NCBI GenBank assembly: GCA_964573305.1
Contig: CAZNJG010000024.1
Coordinates: 81-64,080 of the forward strand
Length of the DNA: 64,000 nucleotides
Direction: 5' to 3'
Source of the DNA: an uncultured Opitutaceae bacterium
Lineage (GTDB): Bacteria > Verrucomicrobiota > Verrucomicrobiia > Opitutales > Opitutaceae
Part shown: positions 36,598-46,782 of the stretch, piece by piece
Layout: every line of letters starts with the position of its first letter
Numbering within the stretch: the first letter of the stretch is position 1
The notes under the pieces: model-generated
The model's database searches: none
The model's input: the letters and a program-made list of their open reading frames with translations, nothing else
What the model was told of the DNA's origin: nothing
Made by a program: the position numbers and the translations under genes

Positions 36598-37536
36598 TCA
36601 GTTCGCGCGGGTGATCACCGGCACTTCGAGCTCGAGCGCGTCGCCGTCGTACACGCGCAGGAGCTGCGTCAACGCACCGGATTTCTCCGGTGTCATCGCC
36701 ACTTCGATCTCAAATCCTTCCGCGGTTTTTCCGACCACCGTCGCGCGCCCCGGCTGAAGTTCGAGACGGGGTGCCGCGGTCGAACGCCAGCCTGTCAGCT
36801 TCACACGCACCCGCGTTTCTTTGCCCGGCGCAGTCGTCGGAAGGATCACCGGGCTCGGACTCATGCGCAGCGCCGACTCGACCGAGAGGAAGACATTAAA
36901 CGATACCCGCGGGCTCTTCGCATCGGTCGTCAAGGCGGTCACGCGAACCATGTGATGACCTGCGGGCGCCGAAGAGAGTTTGGTGAGCTTTACCCAAAAC
37001 GATTTCCCCTCGTGCCGGACCACCGCGCCCGAAAACCACGCGTGCTCCGTCTCGATTTTTTCAACCTGAATCGCGTCTTCACCGAGATAATCCAGCCGCA
37101 CTTCGCCGCCGGCTTCCTCGCCGCGCGGACTCGCCGCCAGCGTCAGAAACGGCGGCGTGATCGTCCAGTTTTCGTACGGCGTCACCAGGATCTTCATGGG
37201 TATGACCACGTCCCCCGCCGATGTTTTCAACACCAGGCGTCGCGTGATTTCGCCCTGATACGATCGCGTCTCCGTCCGCACGCTGAGCGATGTCTTTTCA
37301 CCCGGCGCCAGGATGTGTTTTCCTGGTGTACCCGCCGTACAACTACAGTCCACCTGCACGTCTTGAATCGTGACCTCGCGATCGCCGCGGTTCACGAGCA
37401 CCACGGAAATCTCCGCAATTTGATTCTGCGCGCGTCGACCAAAATCAACCTCCGCCGGTTCCGCCGCGATCTGCGCAAGCGACTGCGCCGCGACCCCGAG
37501 CATCCAGACAACCGCCACACTCCATGCGCTTTTCAT
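36598..37536 (-). CDS. DUF1573 domain-containing secreted protein
   Basis: Signal peptide MKSAWSVAVVWMLGVAAQSLAQ. The DUF1573-type motif is VDFGRRAQNQIAEISVVLVNRGDREVTIQDVQVDCSCTAG. Confidence 0.7.
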   Translation of the reverse strand: MKSAWSVAVVWMLGVAAQSLAQIAAEPAEVDFGRRAQNQIAEISVVLVNRGDREVTIQDVQVDCSCTAGTPGKHILAPGEKTSLSVRTETRSYQGEITRRLVLKTSAGDVVIPMKILVTPYENWTITPPFLTLAASPRGEEAGGEVRLDYLGEDAIQVEKIETEHAWFSGAVVRHEGKSFWVKLTKLSSAPAGHHMVRVTALTTDAKSPRVSFNVFLSVESALRMSPSPVILPTTAPGKETRVRVKLTGWRSTAAPRLELQPGRATVVGKTAEGFEIEVAMTPEKSGALTQLLRVYDGDALELEVPVITRAN

Positions 37537-37576
37537 CGCGCGACCCTGCGTCGCCGCCAACGCCGGAGCAAGACGA

Positions 37577-40500
37577 TCATGCACCACGATCATCGCCAGG
37601 CTTTTTGTCGGCCGCGCTTTCGCCCGCGATCAGATGCCTGAACCGGTGATACGAAAAGCCGACCCACAACAGCACTCCGCCCAACGCGCAAAACGCGATG
37701 ATCCGGTAGAGGGTCGAGTTCAGATCCACCAGGAACATCCGCGGTACACAGAGTGCCAGCGCAACCAGCCCGAGCAGACGCGCCGGCCTGAAGCGGCCAA
37801 ACAGTCCCACACCGAACCAAATAAGCGCCGACACCGCCCAACCCACCGTCACATACGGCTCCAATTCGCCATGCTGGGTGCGCATCAAATGCATCGCCAC
37901 CGCGAGGCCCGCGGACGGATACAACCAGTCGCGAAAGCCACGTGCGCCCGTCGGCGCCCAGATCCGTCCGTTCGGCAACACCAGCGGCAACACGAGCGAT
38001 ACCACCGCCATCGCCACCACCGCGACAAATCCTGCGCCCGGCTGCGCCGCTCCACCGCCATGGGCGAGGTCCGCAGCCATCATCAGTCCGAGCAGCGCGA
38101 GCCCGCTCGCGACTTCGACGGTCGCGACAAATTTCCAGCGTGCCAGCATCGTCGCCACCACCACGGCACCCGCAAACCAACCCACACGCGCGCCGCCTTC
38201 ACTCAACACTGCAATCGCCACCGCCGTGATCGCGCCGGCCAGCCACGTTTGCATCCGCACCGTTCCGTCCACCGGCGCACCGGCGCACGTCCAATTTTTC
38301 TGGATACGTTCGTTCTTCGCCCACACGAGCGCCGGCAGCCAGCTGGCTCCCACCAGCAGCACGCCTTCCACCGCCATCTCGGAATCCCCTTTCAGCCAGA
38401 GTGTCGCCATCCCGGACAGCGAAAACAACCACACCGCTCCACGCAGCGCTCCGACCCAGACCCAGCTGAGCAGCGCGCTTGCGAGCACCGCGAAACCGGC
38501 CAACGCGGCCAGTCCTTCCGCCGCGCTTCCGCGATGAAGTGCAACCGCCGCGCCAAACAAGAACGCAAAGATAACCGTCAGCCACGCCACGCCTCCGCGC
38601 GGACTTTCCAACGCGAGCTGCGCGCGTCCTCGTTCCCACGCCGCCAGACACGCCACTCCGATCAACGCCGTCAGCACCGCGATCCACCGCACCCAGTCGA
38701 TGCCGCCAACACCCCGCCCGGCCAAAGCCGCCAGGCCGCAACCCGCCGTTCCCACCGCGAGCGCCCACACCGATAGCCACATCCATTTTCGCGATGGTTG
38801 CGACGGAGCCGCCACCGACAACACCACCGCGATCACCAGCGCCGTGAGCAAACTCGGCACCGCACCGTAGCCAACGCTCACACACGCGATCAGCGTCACC
38901 CATGCGATCGCGCTGGCCAGCCAGGCGCCTCGTCGGCGCGCGGATTTTTCTCCGTTCAAACCCAGCCACCACGCGCCCGCGATCGTCGGCAATAGAACCA
39001 CCGCCGCATTTCCCCACGTCTCCAGCGGCTGAAAAAGCGTCGCATCCAGACCCGTCCACAGCGCGACATGCGCCACCAGTCCGATAGCCCCTGCCGTCGC
39101 CCACGGAGCCTGCTGTTTCCAGAAAAATCCGGCGCCTGCGAGCACCGCCGCGGTCACGATCAGCCAGGCAGGCAACCAGGATTCGGGCGTCAAGGAAACC
39201 GCCGATACCCACGCCACCACCGCGCCGATCCCCGACGCAAATCCCACGACGGTGCGACGCGTTTCTCCCGCCATCTCCACGCCGCACGCTCGCGCCATTT
39301 CCAACGCCCACACCATGAATCCCACGAGATAACACAGTCGTCCCAACGCCATCAGGCCGCCCGCAGGCACGACGTTTCCGTAGGCGTCGCCGAACCAATA
39401 ATACAGCGATACTGCGACCACCATCACCGAGCCGGTTGCGATCACTCGCGAGTGCAGCCGCCGGTTGGTCGCCAGCAACACGCCAGCCTGCACCAGCAAC
39501 GCCAGCGCGGTCATCTTCGGATCGGTCCACTTGATGACCGCGAGCGTCAACGCACCGAGCGCCTTGGCCACGAGCACCGCGCCCACCACGTCGCCCGGCA
39601 CCGTCTTCGCCCGTCGCCACGCCGCGAGTCCGAGCACCACCGCCGCCGTTGTATAGAAAATCCCAATACACTCGGGAAACGCGCGCCATGCGGTCAGCCA
39701 TCCCAGTCCGAGCGCCGCCGAGCTGTTCGCGTTCTGCACCCAGACTTCCCGCGAATCGACAGTCTCTCTCGCACGTCCCTGCCGGTCATCCCGCCAGAAA
39801 AACACCGCGTATCCTCCCGCCACAAATGCCCACACCCACACGGGGAGCGTCGCCCGCTCGATCACATCAAGCCCGAACACGAGCGTCCCATAAATGATCC
39901 AGTAACCCACGAGCGCCGCGACCGACGGTGCTTCCCACGCGAGCCATCGCCGCCAGCCCACCGCCAGCACCGCAAACCCCAGCGCCGACACCAGCGCAAA
40001 CAACTCGAAGCCGCCGCTGAACGAAAACCACGCGGCGACATAACCCAGCACCACCGCCAGCGTTGCCACCGGTTGTGAGTTTTTCCGCCACGCGATCCCG
40101 CCGATGAGCACCGTCACCAGCACCTGCCAGCACGCGGCCGCCAGCCGGTTCTCCAGTACTTTCACGCCGGGCACCGTGTACGCAGCCATCGCCGCGAAAA
40201 ACACCAGCGCCAGTCCTCCCGCAAAAACCACCTGACCGAATCGCGGTGTTTTCCGCTCCAGCCACGCACCCAGCGCCACGACTCCGAGCGACACGCCCAG
40301 CAACTCGACGAACTTCACCCACGGCGGCGTATTCAACGACACATAAGCGCCGAAAAACACCGCACCGATCACCGCAAAGAAGATACCCAACCGCGTCGCC
40401 CACCACGCGCCCAGTTGCACTTCGCGATTTGTCTCCCCGCTCGGCGGCCACAGCTGCGCACGTTCCAACCTCGGGCGAAGCGTTTCCAAAAAGGACGGCT

Positions 40501-40813
40501 CGGGTGCTCGCGTGAATACCGGCGTGGCTGCCGCAGGCCGCGGCATCATCTCCGCGCGCGCGGGCAATGGGGGTGTCGTCACTGTCTTTTCCACCGTTGG
40601 CGCGATCGGGCCCGGCACCACCGGCACTGGTGGCGTCTGCGCCGGCTCCATGTGTGTCGCCGAACGCGCGTTCGCCTCGCCCGCTACATCCGTCGCCTTC
40701 CCGGCAGCCGCGGCTTCTTCGATCACGGCGATCCGTCGTTTGAGCTGCGCCAGCTCATGCTCCACGCCGCCGATGCGCTGCCTCAACCCTGCCAGCTCCT
40801 CGATTGTGTTCAT
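37577..40813 (-). CDS. Very large polytopic membrane protein (DUF2339-like) with N-terminal coiled coil and Pro-rich linker
   Basis: Start MNTIEELAGLRQRIGGVEHELAQLKRRIAVIEE at 40813. More than 25 hydrophobic segments follow, and the EVQLGAWWATRLGIFFAVIGAVFFGAY pattern is typical of DUF2339. The overlapping R/H-rich plus-strand ORFs are shadows. Confidence 0.7.
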   Translation of the reverse strand: MNTIEELAGLRQRIGGVEHELAQLKRRIAVIEEAAAAGKATDVAGEANARSATHMEPAQTPPVPVVPGPIAPTVEKTVTTPPLPARAEMMPRPAAATPVFTRAPEPSFLETLRPRLERAQLWPPSGETNREVQLGAWWATRLGIFFAVIGAVFFGAYVSLNTPPWVKFVELLGVSLGVVALGAWLERKTPRFGQVVFAGGLALVFFAAMAAYTVPGVKVLENRLAAACWQVLVTVLIGGIAWRKNSQPVATLAVVLGYVAAWFSFSGGFELFALVSALGFAVLAVGWRRWLAWEAPSVAALVGYWIIYGTLVFGLDVIERATLPVWVWAFVAGGYAVFFWRDDRQGRARETVDSREVWVQNANSSAALGLGWLTAWRAFPECIGIFYTTAAVVLGLAAWRRAKTVPGDVVGAVLVAKALGALTLAVIKWTDPKMTALALLVQAGVLLATNRRLHSRVIATGSVMVVAVSLYYWFGDAYGNVVPAGGLMALGRLCYLVGFMVWALEMARACGVEMAGETRRTVVGFASGIGAVVAWVSAVSLTPESWLPAWLIVTAAVLAGAGFFWKQQAPWATAGAIGLVAHVALWTGLDATLFQPLETWGNAAVVLLPTIAGAWWLGLNGEKSARRRGAWLASAIAWVTLIACVSVGYGAVPSLLTALVIAVVLSVAAPSQPSRKWMWLSVWALAVGTAGCGLAALAGRGVGGIDWVRWIAVLTALIGVACLAAWERGRAQLALESPRGGVAWLTVIFAFLFGAAVALHRGSAAEGLAALAGFAVLASALLSWVWVGALRGAVWLFSLSGMATLWLKGDSEMAVEGVLLVGASWLPALVWAKNERIQKNWTCAGAPVDGTVRMQTWLAGAITAVAIAVLSEGGARVGWFAGAVVVATMLARWKFVATVEVASGLALLGLMMAADLAHGGGAAQPGAGFVAVVAMAVVSLVLPLVLPNGRIWAPTGARGFRDWLYPSAGLAVAMHLMRTQHGELEPYVTVGWAVSALIWFGVGLFGRFRPARLLGLVALALCVPRMFLVDLNSTLYRIIAFCALGGVLLWVGFSYHRFRHLIAGESAADKKPGDDRGA

Positions 40814-40910
40814 GGGGATGCCTTCGTCTGGCAGTTTCTCCACGTCGAAGAAAGACCGAAACACCTCTTCGCAGCGCGTTTCCGCATCTCCCCCGACTCC
40901 TTTGTTGCAC

Positions 40911-40938
40911 GGAAACTCATTTTGTGTTTTCAGTTTCC
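40911..40938. promoter_or_regulatory. Inverted repeat GGAAACT-N14-AGTTTCC immediately upstream of the TetR gene (candidate operator)
   Basis: ggaaactcattttgtgttttcagtttcc ends 3 nt before the ATG at 40942. Confidence 0.3.
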
Positions 40939-40941
40939 TCC

Positions 40942-41583
40942 ATGCTGGACCACGTCTCCGCCTCTGTGCCGGAACCTTCACGTCCGCCCGATCGCATCCT
41001 CGCCGAGGCCCGCGCTCTCTTCTTCGCCGGCGGTTATTCCGCCTTCACCATGGACGATCTCGCCGCTGCCCTCGGCATGAGCAAAAAAACGCTCTACGTA
41101 CACTACGCGGGCAAGGACGCCATGATTCGCGCGCTCATCGACAACTTCGCCGCCGAAGTCCGCGCCGACGCCGAGAGCCTCCTCTCCCACCGGTCGCTCC
41201 GCTTCGCCGAAAAACTGCGCGGCTTCGCTCAAGGCATGGTCGACCGACTCTCGCAACTCAGCCCCGCCATCCTCGCCGACGTCGAGCAATACGCTCCCGC
41301 GCTGCACCGCTACATCCTCGCCGCCCGCGCCAAAACCCTCCCCAACGTCTTCGGCCGTTTCATCGAGGAGGGACAACTCTGCGGCGCGATTCGCGACGAC
41401 GTGAACCCGACTTTCGCCTCCGAATTTTTTCTCCACGCCATGCAGGGCCTCATGCATGCGAGCGTTCTCAAACGCCTCCGCCTCGAAACGGATGCCTGCT
41501 TCGACCAGGCCGTCCGCCTCTTTTTCGGCGGCCTCCTCACCAGTGCCGGACTCAAGGAACATGAAAAACTTTTCCCGCGCTAA
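40942..41583 (+). CDS. TetR/AcrR family transcriptional regulator
   Basis: HTH region RILAEARALFFAGGYSAFTMDDLAAALGMSKKTLYVHYAGKDAMI. Confidence 0.85.
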   Translation: MLDHVSASVPEPSRPPDRILAEARALFFAGGYSAFTMDDLAAALGMSKKTLYVHYAGKDAMIRALIDNFAAEVRADAESLLSHRSLRFAEKLRGFAQGMVDRLSQLSPAILADVEQYAPALHRYILAARAKTLPNVFGRFIEEGQLCGAIRDDVNPTFASEFFLHAMQGLMHASVLKRLRLETDACFDQAVRLFFGGLLTSAGLKEHEKLFPR

Positions 41584-42538
41584 TATCGCTTCCCTCACGC
41601 TGCTCGTCTTCGCGCTCGCGCTGACATTCGCCGGCTGTCGTCGTCCCGCGACCAATCATTTCCAAGGCTACCTCGAAGGCGACTTCGTGCATGTCGGCGC
41701 GCCGCTCGGCGGACGTTTGGAAACTCTCCACGTCATTAAGGGCGCGCGCATCTCCGCCGGCGATCCGCTCTTCGTTCTCGAAAACGCCGCCGAGCTCGCG
41801 GATCAACGCCAGGCCGCCGACCGTCTCGCCTCGGCCGAAGCTCGCCTGGCCGACCTGCGCAAGGGCGCGCGTAGTTCCGAACTGGATACAATCGAAGCGC
41901 GCCTCCGGCAGGCACGCGCCTCCGCGGAACTTTCCCGCATCGAACTCACCCGCGCATCCGAGCTGCTGGAGAATCGGGTCGCCGCCGCCAGCGATCACGA
42001 TCGCGCCCGCTTCACTCACGAACGCAATGTCGCCGCCGTCGCCGAACTCGAGGCAACTCTCCAGACCGCCCGCCTCGGCGCACGCGCCGACATCATCGCA
42101 GCCGCCGAAGCCGAGGTCGCCGCCGCGGCCGCCGCGAAATCACGAGCCGACTGGAGCGTGACGCAAAAAACGCCAGCGGCTCCGCGCGACGCACTCGTGT
42201 TCGACACACTTTACCGCGAGGGCGAATTCGTCGCCGCAGGCCGGCCCGTGGTGTCGTTGCTTCCCCCCGAAAACATCAAGGTGCGTTTCTTCGTACCCGA
42301 AGCCGTGCGCGCGTCTGTCGCCGCCGGAGATGCGGTGCGCGTCGTCATCTCATCGCACCATGAACCGCTCGAGGCACGCATCGCCTACTTGTCTCCAACT
42401 CCTGAATACACGCCGCCGGTCCTCTACAACCGCGACAACAGCGCGAAGCTGGTCTTCCTCGTCGAAGCCGTTTTCCCGCCCGGCATCGCGCGCGATCTCC
42501 ATCCCGGCCAGCCCGTCGAAGTTTCCCTCGCCCCGTGA
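41561..42538 (+). CDS. HlyD-family membrane fusion/periplasmic adaptor protein (YbhG-like)
   Basis: Lipobox-like N-terminus LLVFALALTFAGC, a central coiled coil (AELADRQ..., EATLQTARLGAR) and a beta-barrel C-terminus. The start at 41561 overlaps the TetR end by 23 nt. Confidence 0.8.
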   Translation: MKNFSRANIASLTLLVFALALTFAGCRRPATNHFQGYLEGDFVHVGAPLGGRLETLHVIKGARISAGDPLFVLENAAELADQRQAADRLASAEARLADLRKGARSSELDTIEARLRQARASAELSRIELTRASELLENRVAAASDHDRARFTHERNVAAVAELEATLQTARLGARADIIAAAEAEVAAAAAAKSRADWSVTQKTPAAPRDALVFDTLYREGEFVAAGRPVVSLLPPENIKVRFFVPEAVRASVAAGDAVRVVISSHHEPLEARIAYLSPTPEYTPPVLYNRDNSAKLVFLVEAVFPPGIARDLHPGQPVEVSLAP

Positions 42539-42592
42539 GCCCTGCCCGACGTTCTCGATAGTCGAAGATCCACAATCGAAAACCCAAACCTC

Positions 42593-43513
42593 GTGTCCTC
42601 CGATCTCGTCATCGATGTCTCCGGCATCACCAAACGTTTCGGTGAAAAAACCGTCGTCGATGGGCTCGCCCTTCAGGTGAGGCGCGGCGAGATCTTCGGT
42701 TTCCTCGGACCCAATGGCAGCGGCAAGACCACCTTCATCCGCATGCTCTGCGGTCTGCTCACGCCCGACGCCGGCTCGGGAACCTGCCTCGGTTTCGACG
42801 TCCGGACGCAGCAGGCCGAGATCAAACGTCACGTCGGCTACATGACGCAGAAGTTCAGTTATTACGACGATCTCAGCATCCGCGAAAACCTCGACTTCGT
42901 CGCCCGCATCTACGCCGTTCCCGATCGACGGGCCGCGGTCGATCGCAGTCTCGAACGTCTCGGACTCGCGTCGCGCAGTCACCAGCTCGCGGGCGAACTT
43001 TCCGGCGGCTGGAAACAACGTCTCGCGCTCGCCGCGTGTCTCATCCATTCGCCACGCCTGCTGTTGCTCGACGAACCCACGGCCGGCGTCGATCCCAAGG
43101 CGCGGCGCGATTTCTGGGACGAAATTCATCACCTCGCAGCCGACGGACTCACGGTGCTCGTCACCACGCATTACATGGATGAAGCCGAACGCTGCCACCA
43201 GATCGCCTACCTCGCCTACGGACGCCTGCTGGTGCGCGGCTCGGTGGACGACGTCGTTTCGGGCGCAGGTTTGTCCACGTGGGAAATCACCGGACCTGAG
43301 CTCGGGCCTCTTTCCCGCAGCCTCCGCGATCGCCCGGGCATCGGCGAAGTCATCGCATTCGGAAACACGCTGCACGTGAGTTCGCGCGATCCCGAACGCG
43401 CGGCACAAACGCTCGACGCGCTTTCCGCCACTCATCGCGTGCGGCCGATCGACCCTGAGCTCGAAGACATCTTCATCAGTCTGATGCGAACCGCGGAGGA
43501 CAACTTCAAGTGA
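42593..43513 (+). CDS. ABC transporter ATP-binding protein (ABC-2/drug-export type)
   Basis: Walker A is GPNGSGKTT, the signature is LSGGWKQRLAL, and Walker B is LLLLDEPTAGVD. Confidence 0.9.
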   Translation: MSSDLVIDVSGITKRFGEKTVVDGLALQVRRGEIFGFLGPNGSGKTTFIRMLCGLLTPDAGSGTCLGFDVRTQQAEIKRHVGYMTQKFSYYDDLSIRENLDFVARIYAVPDRRAAVDRSLERLGLASRSHQLAGELSGGWKQRLALAACLIHSPRLLLLDEPTAGVDPKARRDFWDEIHHLAADGLTVLVTTHYMDEAERCHQIAYLAYGRLLVRGSVDDVVSGAGLSTWEITGPELGPLSRSLRDRPGIGEVIAFGNTLHVSSRDPERAAQTLDALSATHRVRPIDPELEDIFISLMRTAEDNFK

Positions 43514-43559
43514 AGCGCCATCAGTACTCACCGCGTTTCTCCGCAACCTAGTTCCACCC

Positions 43560-44690
43560 ATGAGCCGTTTTTCATTCTCCCGCTTGTGGGCAATCGCGCT
43601 CAAGGAGGTCGTTCAGATGAAGCGCGACCGCGCGACGTTCGCGATGATGATCGGCATCCCGCTCGTGCAGTTGTTGCTCTTCGGTTTCGCCATCAACGCC
43701 GACCCCAAAAATCTACCGACGCTGATCGTCGATGCCGATGGCGGACCGTTCGCGCGTTCACTGGTGCACGCGATGCAACAGAGCGCCTATTTTCGTGTGA
43801 CCGGCACCGCCACCGAAGCGGAAGCCGCCCGCGCGCTGCAACTCGGCGACACGCAGTTCGTGCTCAACATCCCCGTCGATTTCACGCGACGCATTCTCCG
43901 CGGGGAAAAACCCGCCGTGCTGCTCGAGGCCGATGCCACCGATCCCGCCGCCACCGGCCCGGCGCTCGCTGCATTGCAACCGGTGTTCGCATCACTCTTC
44001 ACGCGCGATCTGCCCGGGCCGCTCGCGACGCTCATTCCCGACGAGGGTCCGGTCGATTTTCTCATCCATCGCCAGTACAACCCCGAGGGCATCACCCAAT
44101 ACAACATCGTCCCGGGCCTCATGGGCGTTGTCCTCACCATGACGATGGTGATCATCACCGCACTCGCCATCACACGTGAACGCGAACGCGGCACGATGGA
44201 AAACCTGCTCGCGACTCCCGTGCGGCCGGGCGAGGTGCTCGCGGGAAAAATCCTCCCGTACATCGCCGTCGGTTACATCCAGATCACCCTCATCCTGCTC
44301 GCCGCGCGCTGGTTGTTTGCCGTGCCGATGCATGGAAGCGTCGCGCTGCTCTACGGCTCCGCCTTCCTGTTCATCGCCGCCAATCTCGCCGTGGGCATCA
44401 CCTTCTCCACAGTATCCAAGAATCAACTACAGGCGGTGCAGATGGCATTCTTTTTCTTTCTGCCTTCGCTGCTGCTCTCCGGTTTCATGTTTCCGTTTCG
44501 CGGCATGCCGGAATGGGCGCAAACCCTCGGCTCGGCGCTGCCGCTCACGCATTTTCTCCGGCTCGTGCGCGGCGTGATGCTGAAAGGGAATGGCCTCGCC
44601 GAAAGCGCGGTCCACCTGTGGCCCATCGCAATCTTCCTCGCGGCGGCCTGGACGGTCGCGATCAAACGCTACCGCCAGACGCTCGACTGA
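43560..44690 (+). CDS. ABC-2 type transporter permease (YbhS/YbhR-like)
   Basis: It has an N-terminal TM, a large periplasmic loop and five C-terminal TM segments, which is the typical ABC-2 membrane-protein layout. It is in an operon with the ATPase. Confidence 0.85.
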   Translation: MSRFSFSRLWAIALKEVVQMKRDRATFAMMIGIPLVQLLLFGFAINADPKNLPTLIVDADGGPFARSLVHAMQQSAYFRVTGTATEAEAARALQLGDTQFVLNIPVDFTRRILRGEKPAVLLEADATDPAATGPALAALQPVFASLFTRDLPGPLATLIPDEGPVDFLIHRQYNPEGITQYNIVPGLMGVVLTMTMVIITALAITRERERGTMENLLATPVRPGEVLAGKILPYIAVGYIQITLILLAARWLFAVPMHGSVALLYGSAFLFIAANLAVGITFSTVSKNQLQAVQMAFFFFLPSLLLSGFMFPFRGMPEWAQTLGSALPLTHFLRLVRGVMLKGNGLAESAVHLWPIAIFLAAAWTVAIKRYRQTLD

Positions 44691-44895
44691 AACGCGCACC
44701 GGCGACTCAACGCCTTCCTTCGCGCGAAACGCCTTGAGCCGCTTTACGGTCACGAGTTTTCCCCGGCCGCGTGGCAGGGAGGCGTCATTGACCGGACAAT
44801 CGCCCGCCCTCGACTCGCTGCGTCCGCGGATGATCCGGCGGATTTATCTCCGCTGGCCCCTCAGCGGTGTCCGCCGGCCGCAGCCCCCAAATACA

Positions 44896-45270
44896 ATGAA
44901 TACCCTGTCGCTGAAACTCCCCGTCAGCCTCCCCCGCGTCTGGCTCCTGCTGGCCGCGTTGCTCATCCCTCAACTGGTTTCCGCCGGCCACTTCTACACG
45001 CCCATCCCGACCAGCGCTTCTGTCGGAACGACCATCTCCGGCTATTGGGCGGGATCCGTCGGCACGACCGCCGGCATCACGGCCTATTCGCAGGTGAAAG
45101 CACCCGGCTCTTCCACGTGGACGACGGTCGGATCAGGCGTCTCCACGCACTACGGCGCCGCTTACGTGTCCTACAACTTCGCTTACTCCAGCCCCGGCAC
45201 GTGGGAGATTCGCATCTACGTGCCGGCCACGGGTAGCTCGTTCGATTATCGGACCACGGTCGTCTACTAA
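44896..45270 (+). CDS. Small secreted hypothetical protein (124 aa)
   Basis: Signal peptide MNTLSLKLPVSLPRVWLLLAALLIPQLVSA and a Ser/Thr/Gly/Tyr-rich beta-type sequence. It is followed by a strong terminator. Confidence 0.6.
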   Translation: MNTLSLKLPVSLPRVWLLLAALLIPQLVSAGHFYTPIPTSASVGTTISGYWAGSVGTTAGITAYSQVKAPGSSTWTTVGSGVSTHYGAAYVSYNFAYSSPGTWEIRIYVPATGSSFDYRTTVVY

Positions 45271-45310
45271 CGCCACGACTGCTCCGGCATTTCGCACCTC
45301 CGGTTTTGAA

Positions 45311-45336
45311 AGCGCGGCCAACGCCGCGCTTTTTTC
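45311..45336. terminator. Rho-independent terminator (bidirectional position between convergent genes)
   Basis: agcgcggc-caac-gccgcgct is followed by ttttt on the plus strand. On the minus strand the hairpin is followed by tttcaaaa. Confidence 0.8.
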
Positions 45337-45347
45337 GTGGTTGAAAA

Positions 45348-46655
45348 TCACGCGTGCGAGCGGGAATCGCCACCGCCTTCGCGATCGCCCTCGACCAGAC
45401 GCTCCGCGATCGAGCCCGCGAGCCGCACCGTCTGTGTCGGGTATGCGAACTGCAAACCGCGCGCTTCGACCGCACGCATGATCGCGAGATTGATGCGCTG
45501 GCGCAGCCGCATCTGTTTCTGGAAATCCGCATCCTTCGTTTCGTACACCACCCAGATGTCGAGCGAGGAGGCGTTGAGATCGCGGAAAAACACCATCACC
45601 GAGCCGGGCCGGACATCCTCCTCTTCCGCCAGGATGATCTGCCGGATCGCCTCCACGATTTCGTCCATCTGCTCGGCCGTCGTATCGTAGGTGAGCGCGA
45701 TCACCTGTTCGACGCGACGATGCGTGAAGCGTGAGTTGTTCACGATGGGCTCGGCCGCCACGAGTTTGTTGGGGATGACGACGAGATTTTTCGCCGGCGT
45801 GCGCAGCTTGGTGGAACGCAGACCGATATCCTCCACAATGCCGTCGTGCGCGCCGATCTTCACGGCTTCGCCGATCTTGAAGGGCTGGTCCACGGCGACC
45901 ACGACCGAACCGAAAATGTTGGCAATCGTATCCTGCGCCGCGAGGGCGAAGGCCAGGCCGCCGATGCCGAGACCGGCGAGAAACGCCTGCACATTGGCGC
46001 CGAGGCTTTGCGCGATCATCAACACGCCGAAGACCACGAACACGGCGATCAACGACTTCTTGATCCACGGCATGAAGGCCGCGACGCCGAGTTTCTTTTG
46101 CCGCGCGGATGCCTCGAGATGATCCAGCACGCCGATGAAGGCGCGCAGGAGCAGCCAGAAAACACAGAGCGAAAACGCCATCGTGTAGGCGTAGCCGAGC
46201 ATGTGGTCCGCCGCCGGAGAGAGCTTCAGCGCCTTCAACGCCCCGACCAGACCAAACACGATCACCAGCATGCCCACCGGCGGCTCGATCACTTCGAGGA
46301 ACTTGTCGTCGAAGGTCGTGCGTGTGCGCGATGAAAGCCGGCGGAAAAATCCAAACAACAACGTGGTCACCACGCGGCGCAGCAGGATGGTGATCAACAC
46401 GATCGCGCCGCACGCGATGTAGCGCGCCGGCGTGTTCTCGCTGCTCGTCACATCGAATTGCTCCAGCAACAAATCCACCGCGTGCTCGATGAACTCCGGC
46501 GTGTCCGGCTCCTCCACCGCTCCGCTGGCGATTGCCGCGGCCGCGGCGACCGTGTTGGGATCCGGCTCGGCCGGGGTGGACGTCGTTTGGGCCGTGAGGG
46601 AGACGGCCGCGAGGAAAAACAGCACCGAGGCAGTGAATCGCCGCAAATAAAGCAT
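45348..46655 (-). CDS. Mechanosensitive ion channel (MscS family)
   Basis: It has a signal/TM N-terminus and the MscS core IFGSVVVAVDQPFKIGEAVKIGAHDGIVEDIGLRSTKLRTPAKNLVVIPN. Confidence 0.85.
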   Translation of the reverse strand: MLYLRRFTASVLFFLAAVSLTAQTTSTPAEPDPNTVAAAAAIASGAVEEPDTPEFIEHAVDLLLEQFDVTSSENTPARYIACGAIVLITILLRRVVTTLLFGFFRRLSSRTRTTFDDKFLEVIEPPVGMLVIVFGLVGALKALKLSPAADHMLGYAYTMAFSLCVFWLLLRAFIGVLDHLEASARQKKLGVAAFMPWIKKSLIAVFVVFGVLMIAQSLGANVQAFLAGLGIGGLAFALAAQDTIANIFGSVVVAVDQPFKIGEAVKIGAHDGIVEDIGLRSTKLRTPAKNLVVIPNKLVAAEPIVNNSRFTHRRVEQVIALTYDTTAEQMDEIVEAIRQIILAEEEDVRPGSVMVFFRDLNASSLDIWVVYETKDADFQKQMRLRQRINLAIMRAVEARGLQFAYPTQTVRLAGSIAERLVEGDREGGGDSRSHA

Positions 46656-46782
46656 ATGCTGCCTTCTGAATCTCCGCTCGGAGATCTGTCAACGCGCCCA
46701 ATTCGAAAAATTTACCGCCGTTATAACCCGCGTTAATCTTGATCAGCGGCTTCACGCACAAACAGACTCCCGCCTTTTCATT

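Noticed and set aside
46656-46782. yybP-ykoY (Mn2+/alx-type) riboswitch upstream of the TerC/Alx gene.
   Set aside because: That leader is expected upstream of TerC/Alx genes, but I could not find the conserved GGGGAGUAG and CUUGACAUA-type cores in the 127-nt upstream region. A covariance-model scan would settle it.
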